A DNA stretch of 64,000 bases from Vicugna vicugna (GCA_013265495.1 MU058000.1:62001-126000), one strand, 5' to 3'. Counted from the stretch's first letter, positions 37,808 through 52,319 are shown. The notes: a model not told the origin generated them from the sequence alone. Numbers and translations are program-made.

Positions 37808-37903
37808 TCTTATTTATTTATTTTTTTAATGGAGATACTGGGATTGAACTCAGGACCTCGCGCATGCTAAGCACACACTCTACCACTGAGCTCTACCCTC
37901 CCT
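37808..37903 (-). mobile_element. Vic-1-like tRNA-derived SINE (camelid)
   Basis: Antisense A/B boxes: gggattgaactcaggacctcgcgcatgctaagcacacactctaccactgagctctaccc, with a (TTTA)n tail. Confidence 0.85.
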
Positions 37904-39609
37904 TTCTGTCCTTGAACTGATTTTCTGAATATCTTACCTGTTCTCTCCTACTGTCCCATTCTTTTTCTTTATCTTCTACTTCCTTTGAAGTCTTCTCAAC
38001 ATGGTTTTCCACCTTTCTAGTTTATCATATTTTAAATTTCTAAGACCTCTTATCCTGTGCTCCTTTTTCATAGCATCTTGCTCTTATTTTTATCAGATGT
38101 ATTATTTTCTCATATCTCTGAGGGCATTAATGACATTTTATTAAGACATCTTCCATCCTCTGTATTATCCATTTACTGTAGGCTCCATTTTTCTCTTCAT
38201 TGGTCTTGACAAATCTTTATAATTTTGGAGATTCAAAAGGAGGTTCACGAAAAATTACAGAACAATTTCTATAACTAAGCTGAAACTATTTATGCTACAA
38301 AAATGGAGAAGTATTCAGGGTGATCCTAATTCACTTCTAAAATACATCATAAAAAAGCATATAGAAAACTCGAGGTTCATCAGAAAAGCAAATAAGAATA
38401 AATATTACTCCTAGAAATAAGTTCTTTAAATCACTTAAAATGATGAACAGTAGGTACCTGTGATTAAACTTTTTAATGTATCTTTGAAAACATGGAGGTA
38501 GGAAAATCATAAAACAAACTTGTCAAAAAGAATAGTAAAACATCAGGCTATGTATAAATAAACAAATAATTCATCAATAAATAAAGAGGGTTCTTTTCAA
38601 GCTAAATTTTTCAGTCAGATTGTACAATATAGACTATAATAAGTATTTTCTTATCCAAATTACGTCCTCAGTGATATTTTTTCCTATTCTTATTTCTTTT
38701 GGATCCGGGGTATTTATACAGAAACCTACAGCAGCCTGTGAGTACTGTATCTTAGAGAAATGACCACAGCTAGTCATGAAATGTTACTGAGTGAAAAGCT
38801 GAATACAGTTTCTTTTATTGCCTGTCATAATAGTAGATAGAATTCTAAAAATTTTGATGTTTTCTGTTTAATGTCTTCTAGCCATTTTCTTCTAGGTAGC
38901 TTTCTCAGAAAGTTCTTATGAACATCATAAGGGCAAAATTAAATACCAGCACAACAATGACCTCTGTGCTCAGACCACGGTGCTGTTTATCTCCAGGCTC
39001 CTAAATGTCTTTAGATGGGATACCATGATGTTTGATGGTGCTCTATCCCTACCTTTCTCCTCCTTCCTCTTAACACACATCAAACAGACGTGAGGAAACT
39101 TTCCCTTTGCTTCATATGAAAAACAAAAACTTTGTCCTATGAGTGTATCACATTCTGAGGTACCATAACCAACCTGAGTTATCTACATTGAAGGGCAGCT
39201 GCCAGATTAGAATAGCAGAGGGTTTATGAAGATATACAAAATCACTTGGTAAAGTGGTTAGGACAGGAAAAGGAAAATGCTTAGCTTTTGAAATAAAATA
39301 ATCATGATATAATGAAAACCAAACCATTTATCAGAAACTGATAAATATTTATTCAGTGAATCCATGAATATAAATCAGCAAAAAGTGAGAGTTATCATTT
39401 TTGGATTTGACCTACTTCCTTGTGGCTAATTTCCATATTTTATTTTATAGCAACCCAGCTGTTTTAAATGACAGCATTGTCAAATTGAATGTACAAACTC
39501 TAAGCCCATGGGAAACTGAAGAGCTAAATGATTATCTAAACAAGAATCTGTTAACATTTGGGTCCCAAATGGTTTGGATAAAAGTGGACTTAAAAAAAAA
39601 ACAACAACA

Positions 39610-39920
39610 ACTTATACACTCATTCATCTAATACTAACTGAGCATTTACTATGCTCCGAGTGCTATACAGGACGCCGAGGAAACAGTGGTGTATAAAACA
39701 CGCACTGCTCCTATCATCGTGGAGTTAGTTCTTTGGTGAAGAGAAGAAGCAGTAAACAAAACATCACTCAAATAATAAATAATCTCATAGTCATTCTGAG
39801 AAAGGTTTTAAAGGAAGATTGTAATGAGATGTGGGTACTCATAATAGAAACCGTACTTTAAACTGTGGGTTCCGAAAGCTTCTTTAAGGACGTTGCATCC
39901 AAGGTGAAGCGTAAATGGTG
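39610..39920 (-). mobile_element. LINE-2 3' fragment, antisense
   Basis: tcattcatctaatactaactgagcatttactatgctcc... Confidence 0.7.
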
Positions 39921-40445
39921 GGAGATGGTCTCCTGGGTCAGCCGACTCACACTTCGTTGATGCTGACGTCACTTTACCAACATTTACAGTGTATTCACAG
40001 AATGAAACCTACATGGTAATAGTTTTTGTTTCCTTATTCTTTGCACAAGATTACGTATTTCTGGATAGTTCTATGCAAAGATTTTCTACTTTTGGATGAC
40101 CTGAATTTTATTACAGTACCACCTAACTTCGTTACCTACTCATCCACAGTTACTCACAATCTCTACACACACACACACAAATTTGCTTAATTAAAATTAT
40201 TACCTTTAGTGATTCACTTAAAGTTTTTATGAGAAGCATAAGGTCTGAAAAGAAGGGATTCCATATGTTTTAGTATACTGGGTAATATCATAAATATACT
40301 TGGGCATTATTTGTATGATTCATTAAAAAAAACTTTTCAAACTTACAACGTGAATATTACTATCGTGTACCAGCCTTACACTTAAATCTTTCCATGTGTT
40401 TTCTTAAATTCAATATAAAAATGGGTACAGGACATTGCTACTTAC

Positions 40446-40554
40446 AGTACAAGTGTGAAAATCGTGGACTAGACCAGAAGCGACTGTGATCCTGCCAAGA
40501 GGATGACGGATCTAGCCCGTGAGTCTGGGAACTTTCGGCAAAGTTTCTGTCATC
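40446..40554 (-). CDS. CEP128: CEP128 penultimate coding exon (109 nt, phase 0-1): DDRNFAESSQTHGLDPSSSWQDHSRFWSSPRFSHLY
   Basis: Acceptor ctcctctctcttttAG, donor ACT|GTAAGT, open frame. SSSWQDHSRF.SSPRFS is as recalled for CEP128. Confidence 0.92.
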
Positions 40555-41404
40555 CTAAAAGAGAGAGGAGAGCATTTCAGTTCAAATGACTGCAAACTTA
40601 AAGGACTGGAATTCACTGAAAGTAAAACTGAACCTCAAGATATAAGCTATGTTATACCACAATTTAATATAACTACAATCTTTGTAAAAAATAAAATAAG
40701 TGGATGTTAAAGAAACATGAAAAAACTGGAGAGGAAATCACCCAGCCGTAACAGCATGACGTATTTCTTTCCAGTCTTTTTTTCCTGTGGATAAGAGTTG
40801 TAAACATTGTTGTAAAACTTTGTGTTCTTCATTTATTTACATTTAATACTATAAACATTTAAAAAGTCATTATATTAACCTTTACCTTATCTGTTATTCT
40901 TTTACTGTCTGGTGAATATACATGCTTTACTTAGCTATTACTTTTCTGGGCATTTAGGTGGTTTCCAGTGTTTTACTCCTATAAATAACACTGTGAGAAA
41001 TATCTTTAAATATATAATCTTTCTCATATTTAGGACTATTCTTTATGACAAATTCTTGGGTGGAAATACTGGGTCAATAAAAGCAATTTGATGTTTTTAA
41101 ATACATTGACCTAGACTGTTTTCCATAATGATTATACAAATACTCTTACTCATTCAACAAATATTTAATACATAAACAAAAAGGAATACAGAAAAGGTCC
41201 CTCTCCTCATGGATTGTATGAATGTGTCTTTTTCCTCAAATCTTAGCTGAAAAAGAAATTATGAAATTATATCTTTGAATAATTTTACTAACTAAATAGA
41301 TTTTAAAAACATGCTTTAATATACTTCCTTAATAGATAGGATTATATTTTTTTCCTTTAAATGCTTTCTAATTTTTTTTTACTACACTTCATTTATTCTT
41401 TCCT

Positions 41405-42150
41405 GCACTCATCTATTCATTCAAGAATCACTTTTTTGGCACCTACTATGTGCTGGTCAAAGAACAGATCAATCAGACATTATAGTATATGATCATGAAA
41501 GCCTCAGGACTACAGGAGAGAAAGGCATTAAACAAACTATACAAAACACAATATGGTTTAAACTATGATAAGAGCTAAAAGAAGAAGGACAGGAAATGAC
41601 AGGAAGAACTACATTTAGAGTTGAGGTCCAGAGAAGTTCCCCCTGGGAGGTGACATTTAAGGCAATATTTGAATGCTGAGTATGAATCAATGAATTAGCC
41701 AGATAAAAACTCGTGGGTGGAGGATGGACACATGGGAGGTAAGAGGGAGAGCAGGAGAGGGTGGTCAGGAAGCGGTGTTCTAGACTCCTGCGAAGGTGCG
41801 AGGTAAGAGAGGTGTGTCTGAAGAACTGAACAAAGGCCCTTGGCTTAGGCATCCTGAGCCCAGGGAAGTGGTTACAATGAGATCCAGAGGTGGGATTTGG
41901 ATTCGGGATTCTTTTGTACTTAAGTACAATCAGAAGGCAATCAAGGGTTTTAAAGAGAGGAGTGACATGCTTTGATTTGTATTTCTTAAAGATTACTCTG
42001 GCCTCTTTGTGGAAAACAGATTGGAGCAGCGGCAATGTTGAAGGGGAAATACTAGTCAAAAGACTGTAATTCAGGATCACTGTAGGGTCAAGGGAGAGGA
42101 AGGTATCAAGAATGGGGCCAAAGATTCTAGACCAAACAACTGCAGGTTAG
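41405..42150 (-). mobile_element. LINE-2 fragment, antisense
   Basis: ggaggtgacatttaagg...caatcagaaggcaatcaagggttttaaagagaggagtgacatg...aaagattactctggcctct. Confidence 0.85.
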
Positions 42151-42560
42151 GTGGTTCAAACGATTCCTCAAAACAAGGCTCCCAGAGACAGCAGGGCCTC
42201 ATGTTGCATGATAAGCTCATGAATTAGCAGTCTTTGTATTCAGAACCAAGTTTCTATTTTTCTTCTTTGTCATGTGTGTATACAAATGCAAAAGAAAGGC
42301 CAAGAAGAGAAGTATATCCATGTATCTACCTGTATCTATGTCTATACCTGTATCTATATCAAGGCCCATTTATTTTGAGCTAAAAGCATGGACATAATCC
42401 TAAAATGGTTCAATATCATCAGTTTTCCTGAACCAAAAGGGAGTTTAGGTTCATTCAAGCTGAAGGTCCTGAGATGTTTAACCAAGTGACTTATAGTTTT
42501 CACTAATAATGAGAATTTCTTAAGAAATTGGATCACTACAGGATCTCTGGAAAGGATATA

Positions 42561-42774
42561 CAGCTGACCCTGGAACAACGTGGGGGTTAGGGGTGTCAAC
42601 CTTTTGCACTGTCAAAAATCCACATATAATTCATAGTCCACCCTCTTTATCCATAGTTCTGCATCCATGGATTCAATGAACTGCAGATTGTATACTACTA
42701 TAGGATTTACTATTGAAAACAAATGTATAAGTGGACACGTGCAGTTCAAATCCATGTCGTTTGAGGGTCAACTG
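42561..42774 (-). mobile_element. MER8/Tigger2-like MITE
   Basis: TA-CAGCTGACCCTGGAACAAC ... GTCGTTTGAGGGTCAACTG-TA: terminal inverted repeats with TA target duplication. Confidence 0.85.
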
Positions 42775-42829
42775 TATTAAATACTACATATGAAAAAAAT
42801 ATATTAAGTGGTTGAATAAATCAACAATT

Positions 42830-44210
42830 TTAAGGGGAAAGGATGACAGTCCTAAATTGTATGTATGTATTAACGAGTGTCAAAATATATGAAGCAAAAC
42901 TGATAGAACTATAAGGAAAAAATAGACAAATCCATAATTATAGTTGGAGATTTCAACATTCCTTTCTCAGTAATTGATAAAACAGCAGGCAGAAAATCAG
43001 TAAAGATACAGACTTGAACAACACTGCCAGACAACTGGACTTAACTGACATGTATAGACTACTCCACCCCAACAGCTGGTTACAAGTTCTTTTCAAGTGC
43101 ACATCAAACATTCTCCAAAATGGATTACATTCTGGGTGCTAAAACAAATCTCAATACGTTTAAGATGACTGAAATTATACAAAAGAAAATGCTGTCTAAC
43201 CATAATGGAGTGAAATAACACAAGGATATCTGAAAAATTCCCAAATATTTAGAAGTTAAACAATGCACTTCTAAATAACCCATGGGTGGGTCAAGGTAGA
43301 GGTCAACAGAAAAATAAGAAAATATTTTAACTATGAGAAAATAAAAGCACAGTTTATCAAAATTGGTGGGAATCAGCTACAACAGTGTTTGGATGGAAAT
43401 GTATAACATTGAATGTGTATATTACAAAAGAAGGAAAGTCTCAAATCGATAATCCAAGTTTCTGCCTTGAACTAGAAAATGAAGAGTAAATTAAGCCTAA
43501 ATTAAGTAAAAAGAATGAAATTAATAAAGATAAGAGCAAAGATCAATTAAACAGAAAGCAGAAAAGAAGGAAAAAATGAAACCAACGCTGGGTTTTTTTT
43601 AAGATCAATAAAATTTAAAAACCTCTACTGAGATTGATTAGGAAAAAATGAGGGCAGATACAAACTGCCAATATTGAGAGTGAAAGAAGGTTATTACTAG
43701 AATGCCTATAGGCATTAAGGAGATAATTAGGAAATATTATGAACAACTGCCAATAAACTTGATAATTTAGATAAAACTGATAAATAAACAGCCTTAAAAT
43801 GTGTCATCCAGTAGTTCTACTTCTAGGAATCCATATTATGTTAATAAATTAAAAACATGGAGAAAGATTTTTATACCAAGATGTTTATCAAATGATTATT
43901 TATAGTAGAGAAAAACTGAAATCATCCTTAAATTTCCAACAACAGGGCATCTGGAAAATAAACTACAGTATAATGATAATGATGATAATGATGATTATAG
44001 AGAAGATTCATATATATATATATAAAATGTTATATGAAAAGAAGAGGAAATAAAATTATCAACAAATGTTGATTTCAATATAAAAAGACATTTATAAATA
44101 AGAACTGGGAAACATACTCTCAAATTAGGTAAATGGTTTTTTTTAAAATATCTGTTATATTATTTATTTTCTTTTAAATTTTTTCTGTGTTTTTCAAATT
44201 GTACCATATT
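42830..44210 (+). mobile_element. Old LINE-1 ORF2 (endonuclease end and linker) plus L1ME-like 3' fragment
   Basis: aatccataattatagttggagatttcaacatt (IIVGDFN), acattctccaaaatggattacattctggg, cttctaaataacccatggg; frames are disrupted. Confidence 0.85.
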
Positions 44211-44786
44211 TTTAACTGTCATAGGCCAAGAAGCTGGTTGTATAATTAAAACTATTAGTTGTTCTTTTCTGGTAACAGAAAAGATAATCTATGCTTTGAT
44301 GCCCGCTGATTTTGTTTTAGAAATTTAAAACCATAACTTGGGAATAGTGAATAGAACCTGATTATCTGTGTACTTCATTCTTCCTGCAGCAGGCACAATT
44401 TGAGGCTGTCACTGCACCATTTGTTTCATTCAGCAGGACGCCCAGACCTACATCTCCACTCCTGTCCTTTCTCAGTCCAGGTGTCAATGGGCAAAATGAG
44501 AGTGTGTTTGCTTTCCCTTATCTTTACCTTTCTTTTACTGGCCCATAATCATCTAAGCATCTTTTAGCGGGAAGCCATTTATTATGCCTTTCTCTTTCAC
44601 ACTCTTCATATGGAATCCATGATCAAATGGAGATTCTAGCATTGACTGAGAGCTTAATTCTCCTTTCTATCTGTGCATCTTCCAACTCCACTCAGGCCTT
44701 TAGTGTTTCACATCTGAACTATAATAGCCAGACCCACAGCTCTGCCTTGTTACCCCATGACATCTCATTCTAAAGTAGCTATTAGC

Positions 44787-45341
44787 TAGCCAAGACATGG
44801 AAACAGCCTAAGTGTCAGCAACAGATGACTGGATAAAGAAGATGTGGTATATTTATACAATGGAATACTATTCAGCCATAAAAACTGACAACATAATGCC
44901 ATTTGCAGCAACATGGATGTTCCTGGAGAATGTCATTCTAAGTGAAGTAAGCCAGAAACAGAAAGAAAAATACCATATGAGATCGCTATACCATATGACT
45001 CATATGTGGAATCTAAAAAAAACCCCAAAAAACCAAAACATAAATACAAAACAGAAACAGACTCATAGACATAGAATACAAACTTGTGGTTGCCAGGGGG
45101 GTGGGGGGGGGGGAAGGGACACACTGGGATTTCAGAATGTAGAACACATAAACAAGATTGTACTGTGTAGCACAGGGAAATAAATACAGGATCTTGTGGT
45201 GGCTCACAGCGAAAGAGAATGTGACAATGAATGTATCTATGTTCATGTATAACTGAAAAATTGTGCTCTGCACTGGAATTTGACACAACATTGTAAAATT
45301 ACTATAACTCAATAAAAAAAAGTTAAAAAAAAAGTTAAAAA
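44787..45341 (+). mobile_element. Young 5'-truncated LINE-1 (camelid-type)
   Basis: ORF2 C-terminus DWIKKMWYIYTMEYYSAIK...FAATWM, 3'UTR, A-tail. TSD aaa(g/t)tagctatt at 44772-44783 and 45342-45353. Confidence 0.95.
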
Positions 45342-45377
45342 AAATTAGCTATTGGAATATACTTGGGACACAATGAA

Positions 45378-45590
45378 CAGTTAACCCTTGACCAACACAG
45401 GTTTGAACTGTGTGTGTCCACTTATACATGGACTTTTTTCAATAATAAATACCACAGTACTACATGATCAGCTGTTGGTTGAATCCAAGGATGTGGGACC
45501 ATGGATACGGAGGGCTGATTACAAGTTATACAGATTTTTGACAGCACGGAGGGTCCGTGCCCCTAACCCCGAGTTGTTCAGGGTCAAGCG
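45378..45590 (+). mobile_element. MER8/Tigger2-like MITE, opposite orientation to 42561-42774
   Basis: CAGTTAACCCTTGACCAACAC ... GTTGTTCAGGGTCAAGCG-TA. Confidence 0.85.
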
Positions 45591-48500
45591 TATATCTTTA
45601 AGTTCCAACATTTTGTAAGTCTTCAAAACATTGTCAGAACCCCCAACGTTACCTTGAAATATAACTACTGAAATGAACACTAGAAGAAAAATATTTCAGG
45701 ATCCCTTTGAACAATCAATGCATTAGTTCATATTCTACATTTATAATTCTACAATTATATCCTTCATATTCTACAATTATAAACTGGTATTTAATTTGTG
45801 GAATTTCTATATAAGTAAATTTTACAGGGTGACCATAAGATGGTTGTTCCTTTCTAATTCTGACCTTTTTTTTAAATTAAATACTTAAATATTAAAAAGG
45901 AAGTATTGGTTGAAAAGGAAGATTCCTTGCAATTTTAGTAATCTTAGCTTTTCTTCTCTGCCAATTCTTATATCCTTAGCAGAGGGACCTATTTTTATTG
46001 CTGTCTTAAGTCTCAACTAGCTATTTAGCCAGAATTCCTTGCAAAAATTCCACTGGGTGAAGGAACTTGCATTTTCTAATATTTTCCCTGGGTTTCTTCC
46101 ACTTCTCTTTCATAACCCACATTGTAATTGGTTTCTTAAAAATTGTTCCAACCCAACTAAGTCTTTTGCTAAACTGATCTCTAATGATTAATATTTAATG
46201 ATACCCACCAAGTCTTTTTCTCTCAGGAATATTGTAAGTTCAAAGTTTATAAGACAAATGATACATTTAATTTTTTTTAAATTTTAATTTATCCAACCCT
46301 TCCCCTGGAGAAGAGGAAAAAACACTTATGTGTTTCTGAATCTGTGGCAGAAATGTTTTCCTGAATTTGTCTCTAGCCCAATAATGCACTAGTCCTCTAT
46401 TTGTTCCCCACTCTTAATTCCCAGTTCTCCACCCGTCCTTGAAAAAGCTTAACCTCTTCCCCAGTAAATTTTATTCCTATTTGAAAGTTCAGTCTGGACA
46501 GATAGTTTACTTAAAGACTGACCTCCATAACTCAATCTGCATGGCTGCTATTATATAGACTTTAACCTCCCCAGGGTGAGGCTTTGATCGCCTCTATCTT
46601 TCCACCGACCCATCCCAATATTCCACAGTTTAGCCCAGTGCCATTTGCATTAAGGTACTTGATAATGGTCATATATAATTATTTCTTGACCACAGTGCAG
46701 AAATGAAAGTTTGCTATGTGGAAGTTGGGAAATTAGGAGACTGCCACTCTTACATTTTCAGTTTCTTCATGTAAGGAAATGAGGGTGCTGGACCAGATCA
46801 TCTCTTACGTTTTCTTAGCACTAACATTTTGTAATTCTAATCTACCTGAACAGAAACACTGAACAACCAGTAGTACATCTAACTATGCAAGCTGTCTTTT
46901 CCAAATTTATACAATAATACTGTAAACATCCACAGATGAACAGACTCGTGAAAACACTGTGCTAGATCAGGCCATGTGATACATTTACCTTTATCCAACT
47001 GATATTTTATTACATAAAATTTAATATTCCTAGTGACTCATTAATGGAAAAGCTACTCAATTTTTGGTTTTTTTGTTTTTGTTCTTCATTTTTACCCATT
47101 TCAGACTTGGTTCTACATGTCTATAATCCATTTTCAGAAACCAAATGTATTCACATTGGATAGAAATTTGCCAGAAACAAGGATACTCAAAAAGATGTGC
47201 CACTGAGCTAAGAAATAGAAGCAGAGATGCAAAGATGTTTCACAGTCATGGTGCCTCACTGGAATCCATGCTTATTCTCAAATGACTATCTTAAGGAAAC
47301 AGTGATTGGATGGATGTGTTATGACATGTTTATTAAAAACTAAGAAGACATTTAATTGGTATTCCTTATGTATTGTTTAGTATCCAGAAGTTCGCATATG
47401 AGATGATTCACAATGATATCTTTACAGTTAAACCTCTTCACAATCTTTTTTTTCTTAATACCTTTGTTGAGCCAATTACTGGAAATGGTGAAAGCATATG
47501 GCTTGTTAAGGCAACTGGGTTTGGGAGAGTTAAAACAATTAACGTGCTCAACTAAGTACCCATGTTGATTCCTAAATAAGCACTTTTGATCCATTTCTAT
47601 TTTAAGGCTTTATAGCAACAACAAAAAAAATCCCAACTCATCTGGCAACCTTTGGTTTAACTTCTGAAGAGCAAGATGAAATCAACTAGCTAAATATTAT
47701 GGCAAGTTAGTCTTGATCACTTCAAAAGAATAAAAATTGCTTCAGAGTTCAGCATGATTTGATTGCCTACAAGGTTTCAGATGTGTCATCTACACATTAC
47801 TGGAAAAATGGCAATTAAATTATCATTAGAATTCCATAAAAAGCCTAAGTTAGGGAAAAAAGCTTAATCACCAGTTTCACATGTACTGTGTATTCTGGAG
47901 TCAAAGATAAGGCAGACAGTGTCTGCCCTCAAAAGTCATACAATCCAGTATAATAGTATTTCAGTATTTACCTATACTTACTATTTCTTTTATGTTAACT
48001 TGAAGATTTGCTTTGCACCCTAAATCTCTATATAGGAGAGGCTTAACAGATGGCAAATTGGTTGGGGTTGGGGGAATCATGAAGCTATATTTACATAGCA
48101 GATTACACATGACTTCTTATCAAAGTATGAAGAGAGGTGGTTATAAATGAGATAACTGGGGTATTATGGGGTTAAAGCTCCTTCAAATCTCCCATGATTG
48201 CCACTACAGTTCCCAAGCAATATTTGTAAAATTAACTGAATAATACACTATGATATATTCTAATAGTCATTAAATAAAATCACCCACAGTCTTGAACTGC
48301 ACCAGGAGTTATGCACTGCACGCTTCAGAAGCTACTACCATAGAAGATTTAAGATATGTACAGAAATAGCTGCCCTGAGAGAGAAAGTGCTAACAGCCAT
48401 TAATTGCTATGAGCGAAGTATACACCATGGAGAGATTCAAGGAGGGAGAAACAGCTTCCAGAAGCAAAGCATATTCTTGTAGTATACACATGCTTACATT

Positions 48501-49589
48501 GGACAAATATGACAAAGGGCTTTGGCAAACTCTGCCTTCATAAACTGTGCTGAAAGCCATTATCAACGCTTCCTCACCTACCTCATCTTATCTTGTAAAA
48601 CATCTGCTTCTTTAAGAAGCCGGATAATAACTCTTCTACTAGAACTTGAAAATCATGATTTCCTTTACAGGAGGAGGAAGGATGGGAACAAAATACGCCT
48701 TCTGTGTCTTTATCTAAAAATCCACCCTGCTAATTAAAACCATATATTTAGTATGAGTAGAGAGCAAAAAGGGCAGGTAGCAAATGGGGATATCTTGGAC
48801 AAAACCATGCTCCTCCGTGAATTCAGATTAGCAACGCTGTGTTATTGGCTGACTTTTGAACACTCTGTTCTATTTGAAACAGCTGGGACAGCAAGGAAGC
48901 CTGTATGTCCTACAGAAACCCAATTAGGCCTGATGAAAGAGGAGCTGTGAAATGCTTCTGTTGTCTACACAGAGACAGAGAAAATGTGTCAGATCAGTTT
49001 TGAATTCTAAATATAAACTTTTAGATCAGGCTTTGTCCAGTTAACTGGGTAAGCTTATTACTACAATATTACATTATGCTCTCAGTGATTGTGGACATTG
49101 GTCCTGCTGAAAATTTTGATAAGTTTCTAGAAACCTGATCGTTTTTGTCCTGGTGATTACCATGGGAGTAAACAGCAGGAGATGGCTCTAGCCTGGATTG
49201 GAAGAGAACCTGACTTGTACACTTTCTGCTAAATTTCCCCTCTACCAGCAGTGTAGTCATACCACATGTCTCACTGCCTTCCTACATCAGCAACAACAAG
49301 AGAGAAGCCATCTGCCAACGTGGTTCTGAAATTCCAACAGCTATTTGTCAACAGCAATAGACAGGGTTCTACAACTGTCATGCTAACAGTGATCCTCTTC
49401 CAAACAGATGTGGATGAAATACTTCCCTGAACCTCACCATCGCAAGCCTCTTTTCAAATGACTGTAGAGCATCTTTCTTCTCTGAACTCCCACTGCAGCT
49501 TATCCGGGCCACCTTTATAGCATTTATCCCTTTCTCCTTTGCACTACAGTTGTTTGTGAGAAGACTCCAAATTCTTAAGGATTGAGAAT

Positions 49590-49825
49590 GATTTTCTTAT
49601 TATGCCATTCTCTTTAGCCTCCAGCACAGTGCCTTGTACATGGTGGAAACTCAGTAAACATTTGTTGAGTGTTATATTTAACAACAACAGGCATAAATAT
49701 CTTACAATTAGAACAGAAGCTCTAAAAAGGCAGGGATCTTTGTTTTGTTCATTCATGTGAGTTCCATGCACCTAGTGAGTTCCTGACATATAGCTGAAAC
49801 TCAATACAAATCTGTTGAAAAAATA
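49590..49825 (+). mobile_element. Two LINE-2 3'-terminal fragments
   Basis: ccagcacagtgccttgtacatggtggaaactcagtaaacatttgttgag and ggcagggatctttgttttgttca...ctcaatacaaatctgttgaa. Confidence 0.75.
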
Positions 49826-49952
49826 GATAAGTATTATGACTTTTCAAAGAGCTTGGGCAGTATTTATCAGATAGATAAATGAAGAAGAGAAAATATTTTA
49901 CATAATGGGCAAAGGAAGTAAGTGTAGACTGGTAATTTCTCCTTTCTCTAGA

Positions 49953-50177
49953 CCAGGAGTTGGCAAACTTTTCCCACAGAGGGCCTGTTAGTTAATATAC
50001 TAGGCCTTGTGGGCGACAGTTTCAGTTGGAACTACTCAACTCTGTCATCGAGTGTGAAAGCAGCCATAGACAACACATGAAAAAATGAACGTGGCTGTGT
50101 TCCAATTAAACTTTATTTATCAAAGTAGCCAGGAGGCAAGATTTGGCCCATGGGCGGTAGTTTGCCAAACTGTGCTC
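49953..50177. mobile_element. MER58A (hAT-Charlie)
   Basis: caggagttggcaaacttttc...aactactcaactctg...ggctgtgttccaattaaactttattt...gtagtttgccaaactgtg. Confidence 0.9.
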
Positions 50178-51394
50178 TAAAACAACTGTGCAAGAATTAT
50201 CTACTAGGGTTAAGATGACTGGATAACTATTCCCTACCTGAAGACCATGTCCACTGCTTCTTTATACACCTTGCCACCCCCACCTCCAGTTGCTTTTGCA
50301 ATATAGCATCTATACGGTCTATGTTTCTTGCATTAAACTGAATCCTACACTGGTTTCCTGGAACCAGTTTTCAGGTGAACCAATAAACTCAAATGACTTT
50401 TCTTTGAACTCTGTCCTAGCAAAATATGGGAGAAGATAAGACCTGCTGAAATAATGTCTTATGAAACCGATGCAGTAAATGGGACACCTTATCCCATGAT
50501 AGAAAGAGTCCCAATGCTTCTCATTTGAAGCATTTTCCTCAAGATTTCAATAGTTAGTCAGAGATAGCTTTTCTGATGATCCATTAAGCCAAGAAACTAA
50601 CAACTGTTTCACTGCCCATATGAGCTCATGTTTCTTTTAAAACTGCTTCCCCTCTCACTCTTGATAAATAACTTATTTTCATAAAAAGTATATAAGCAAA
50701 TGATCATTGGTGTCTATAATTCACAAAAATGTGCTCTCACATTTTTCCTCAACATTGACTACAAAAATGTGATATTCTCATGAGTTTTGTGTTAGATCAC
50801 TGCATCATTTCAGGCCAGACATCTGCTACACATGATGATAGTCTATGTATTCATCACTGAAATGGATCAACATTTAAAAATGTTTAAGTAGTTTTAATGC
50901 GGAACAATGTCATCATAAAATGTGCTTTGTGGCCCTCTCCTATATTTGTACTATCTATTTGCAAAATTTTCAGACTAATTTCTCATTTTGATAAGTGTTG
51001 GCCTGACAAACTAGGCTTGATTTCCTCTTCAGCTGCAAATGTAATTTAAAGAGAACTCCAATAAGATTACTTGCTCAACATGTTAAACATTCACAGCTTT
51101 GCCATATGCTGTTATGGAAACTGCATCGATTTGTAGCAATTTGGATGCCACTAGACAGCACTGATTCACCTGATACCGAATTTAACTGTATTGGGAAATA
51201 ATGCTTTAATGGTTTCATCCGCATCTAGACCTCTACTGAACTAGGAGGCATATATTGTGTTTATGTACTTTTGCAGACAATTGACTTTTATTTATTAAAG
51301 ATATAGTCCTACATTTTGTGATTTCTAAAAAAAAAAAATAAATAAGTAAATAAAAAATTAAGGGATATCAGGGCTGAATTTACACTATAATAGC

Positions 51395-51645
51395 CTGGTA
51401 GTCGAGATACAGGTTCTTGAAGCCAGGCAGATTAAGGTTTTAACCCTGATTCAATCACTTACTCGCTCTATTACCAGGCTCTCTTCAGTAGTAAAAAAGG
51501 CAAAATAATGGTGCCAACCTGACAGGGTTGCTGTGAGGATTAAATGAGATAATGCACACAAAGCATGAGACACCTATGAAAAGAGCAATTTCAAGTAGTT
51601 TGTTCTAATATATGCTCAATTATGAGCAGTTATTATTATTAGCTA
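51395..51645 (+). mobile_element. MIR SINE
   Basis: cagggttgctgtgaggattaaatgagataatgcacacaaagca. Confidence 0.75.
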
Positions 51646-51769
51646 TTGTTGCCTAAGCCTTGCACTTCTGTTTAAGGTTAGTGCTACTCTGTCAGTGGTG
51701 GAGAAATGCTTGAGTAAATGGGACCTGGTGAGAATGTTGGAAGATGATTTAGTGAATTTAAAATTTGCC

Positions 51770-51897
51770 TGTAATAATGTTTGATGGAAAAGAATATGAA
51801 AACAAATATGTGTATATATAAATATATATATGACTGGGGCATCATGCTGTACACCAGATATTGACGCATTGGAACTGACTATACCTCAATTAAAATA
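51770..51897 (+). mobile_element. Very short L1 3'-end insertion with perfect 10-bp TSD
   Basis: aaaagaatatgaaaac...tgctgtacaccaga...gactatacctcaattaaaa. TSD AAAATTTGCC at 51760-51769 and 51898-51907. Confidence 0.85.
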
Positions 51898-52319
51898 AAA
51901 ATTTGCCATAAGAGACAACAAGGCCACTACTATAGTCAAAAATCCCAACCTATAAAAAGTAAAGGCAAAAGAGCAGTCACAGGACACCTTCTTCACAATA
52001 AGGGTACAAATAACACAGCATAATTGTGTTAAGTTTTTGTGTGGGGTGGGTGAAGTGAAGTGCTCATTCTAAGCATGCTAGGGCGGACTTATGTAAGTGA
52101 ATACTGTCTTTATATCCACTGAGCATTCTATCCAATTACATTCAGAGGAAGGAAGAAGCATCTTAAAAATAATTATATTTGGCTGAAATAAGTGAATATA
52201 TACAGTGTAATGAATATTCATACACATGGAAGTCTGTAAGAATATAAAAGGGCCTTTAGTCCTTTTTATATCTAAATTGACTTGGAGTGTCCATTAGAAT
52301 ACAGATGGATTCTCCCTGG

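Noticed and set aside
41493..42080. 195-aa ORF, the longest in the track
   Set aside because: Lies wholly inside a decayed L2 element, has a non-ATG start and no splice context.
44812..45312. Overlapping 99-123 aa ORFs
   Set aside because: These are the L1 ORF2 C-terminus and antisense frames of the L1 3'UTR, not host genes. The same applies to 181-402.
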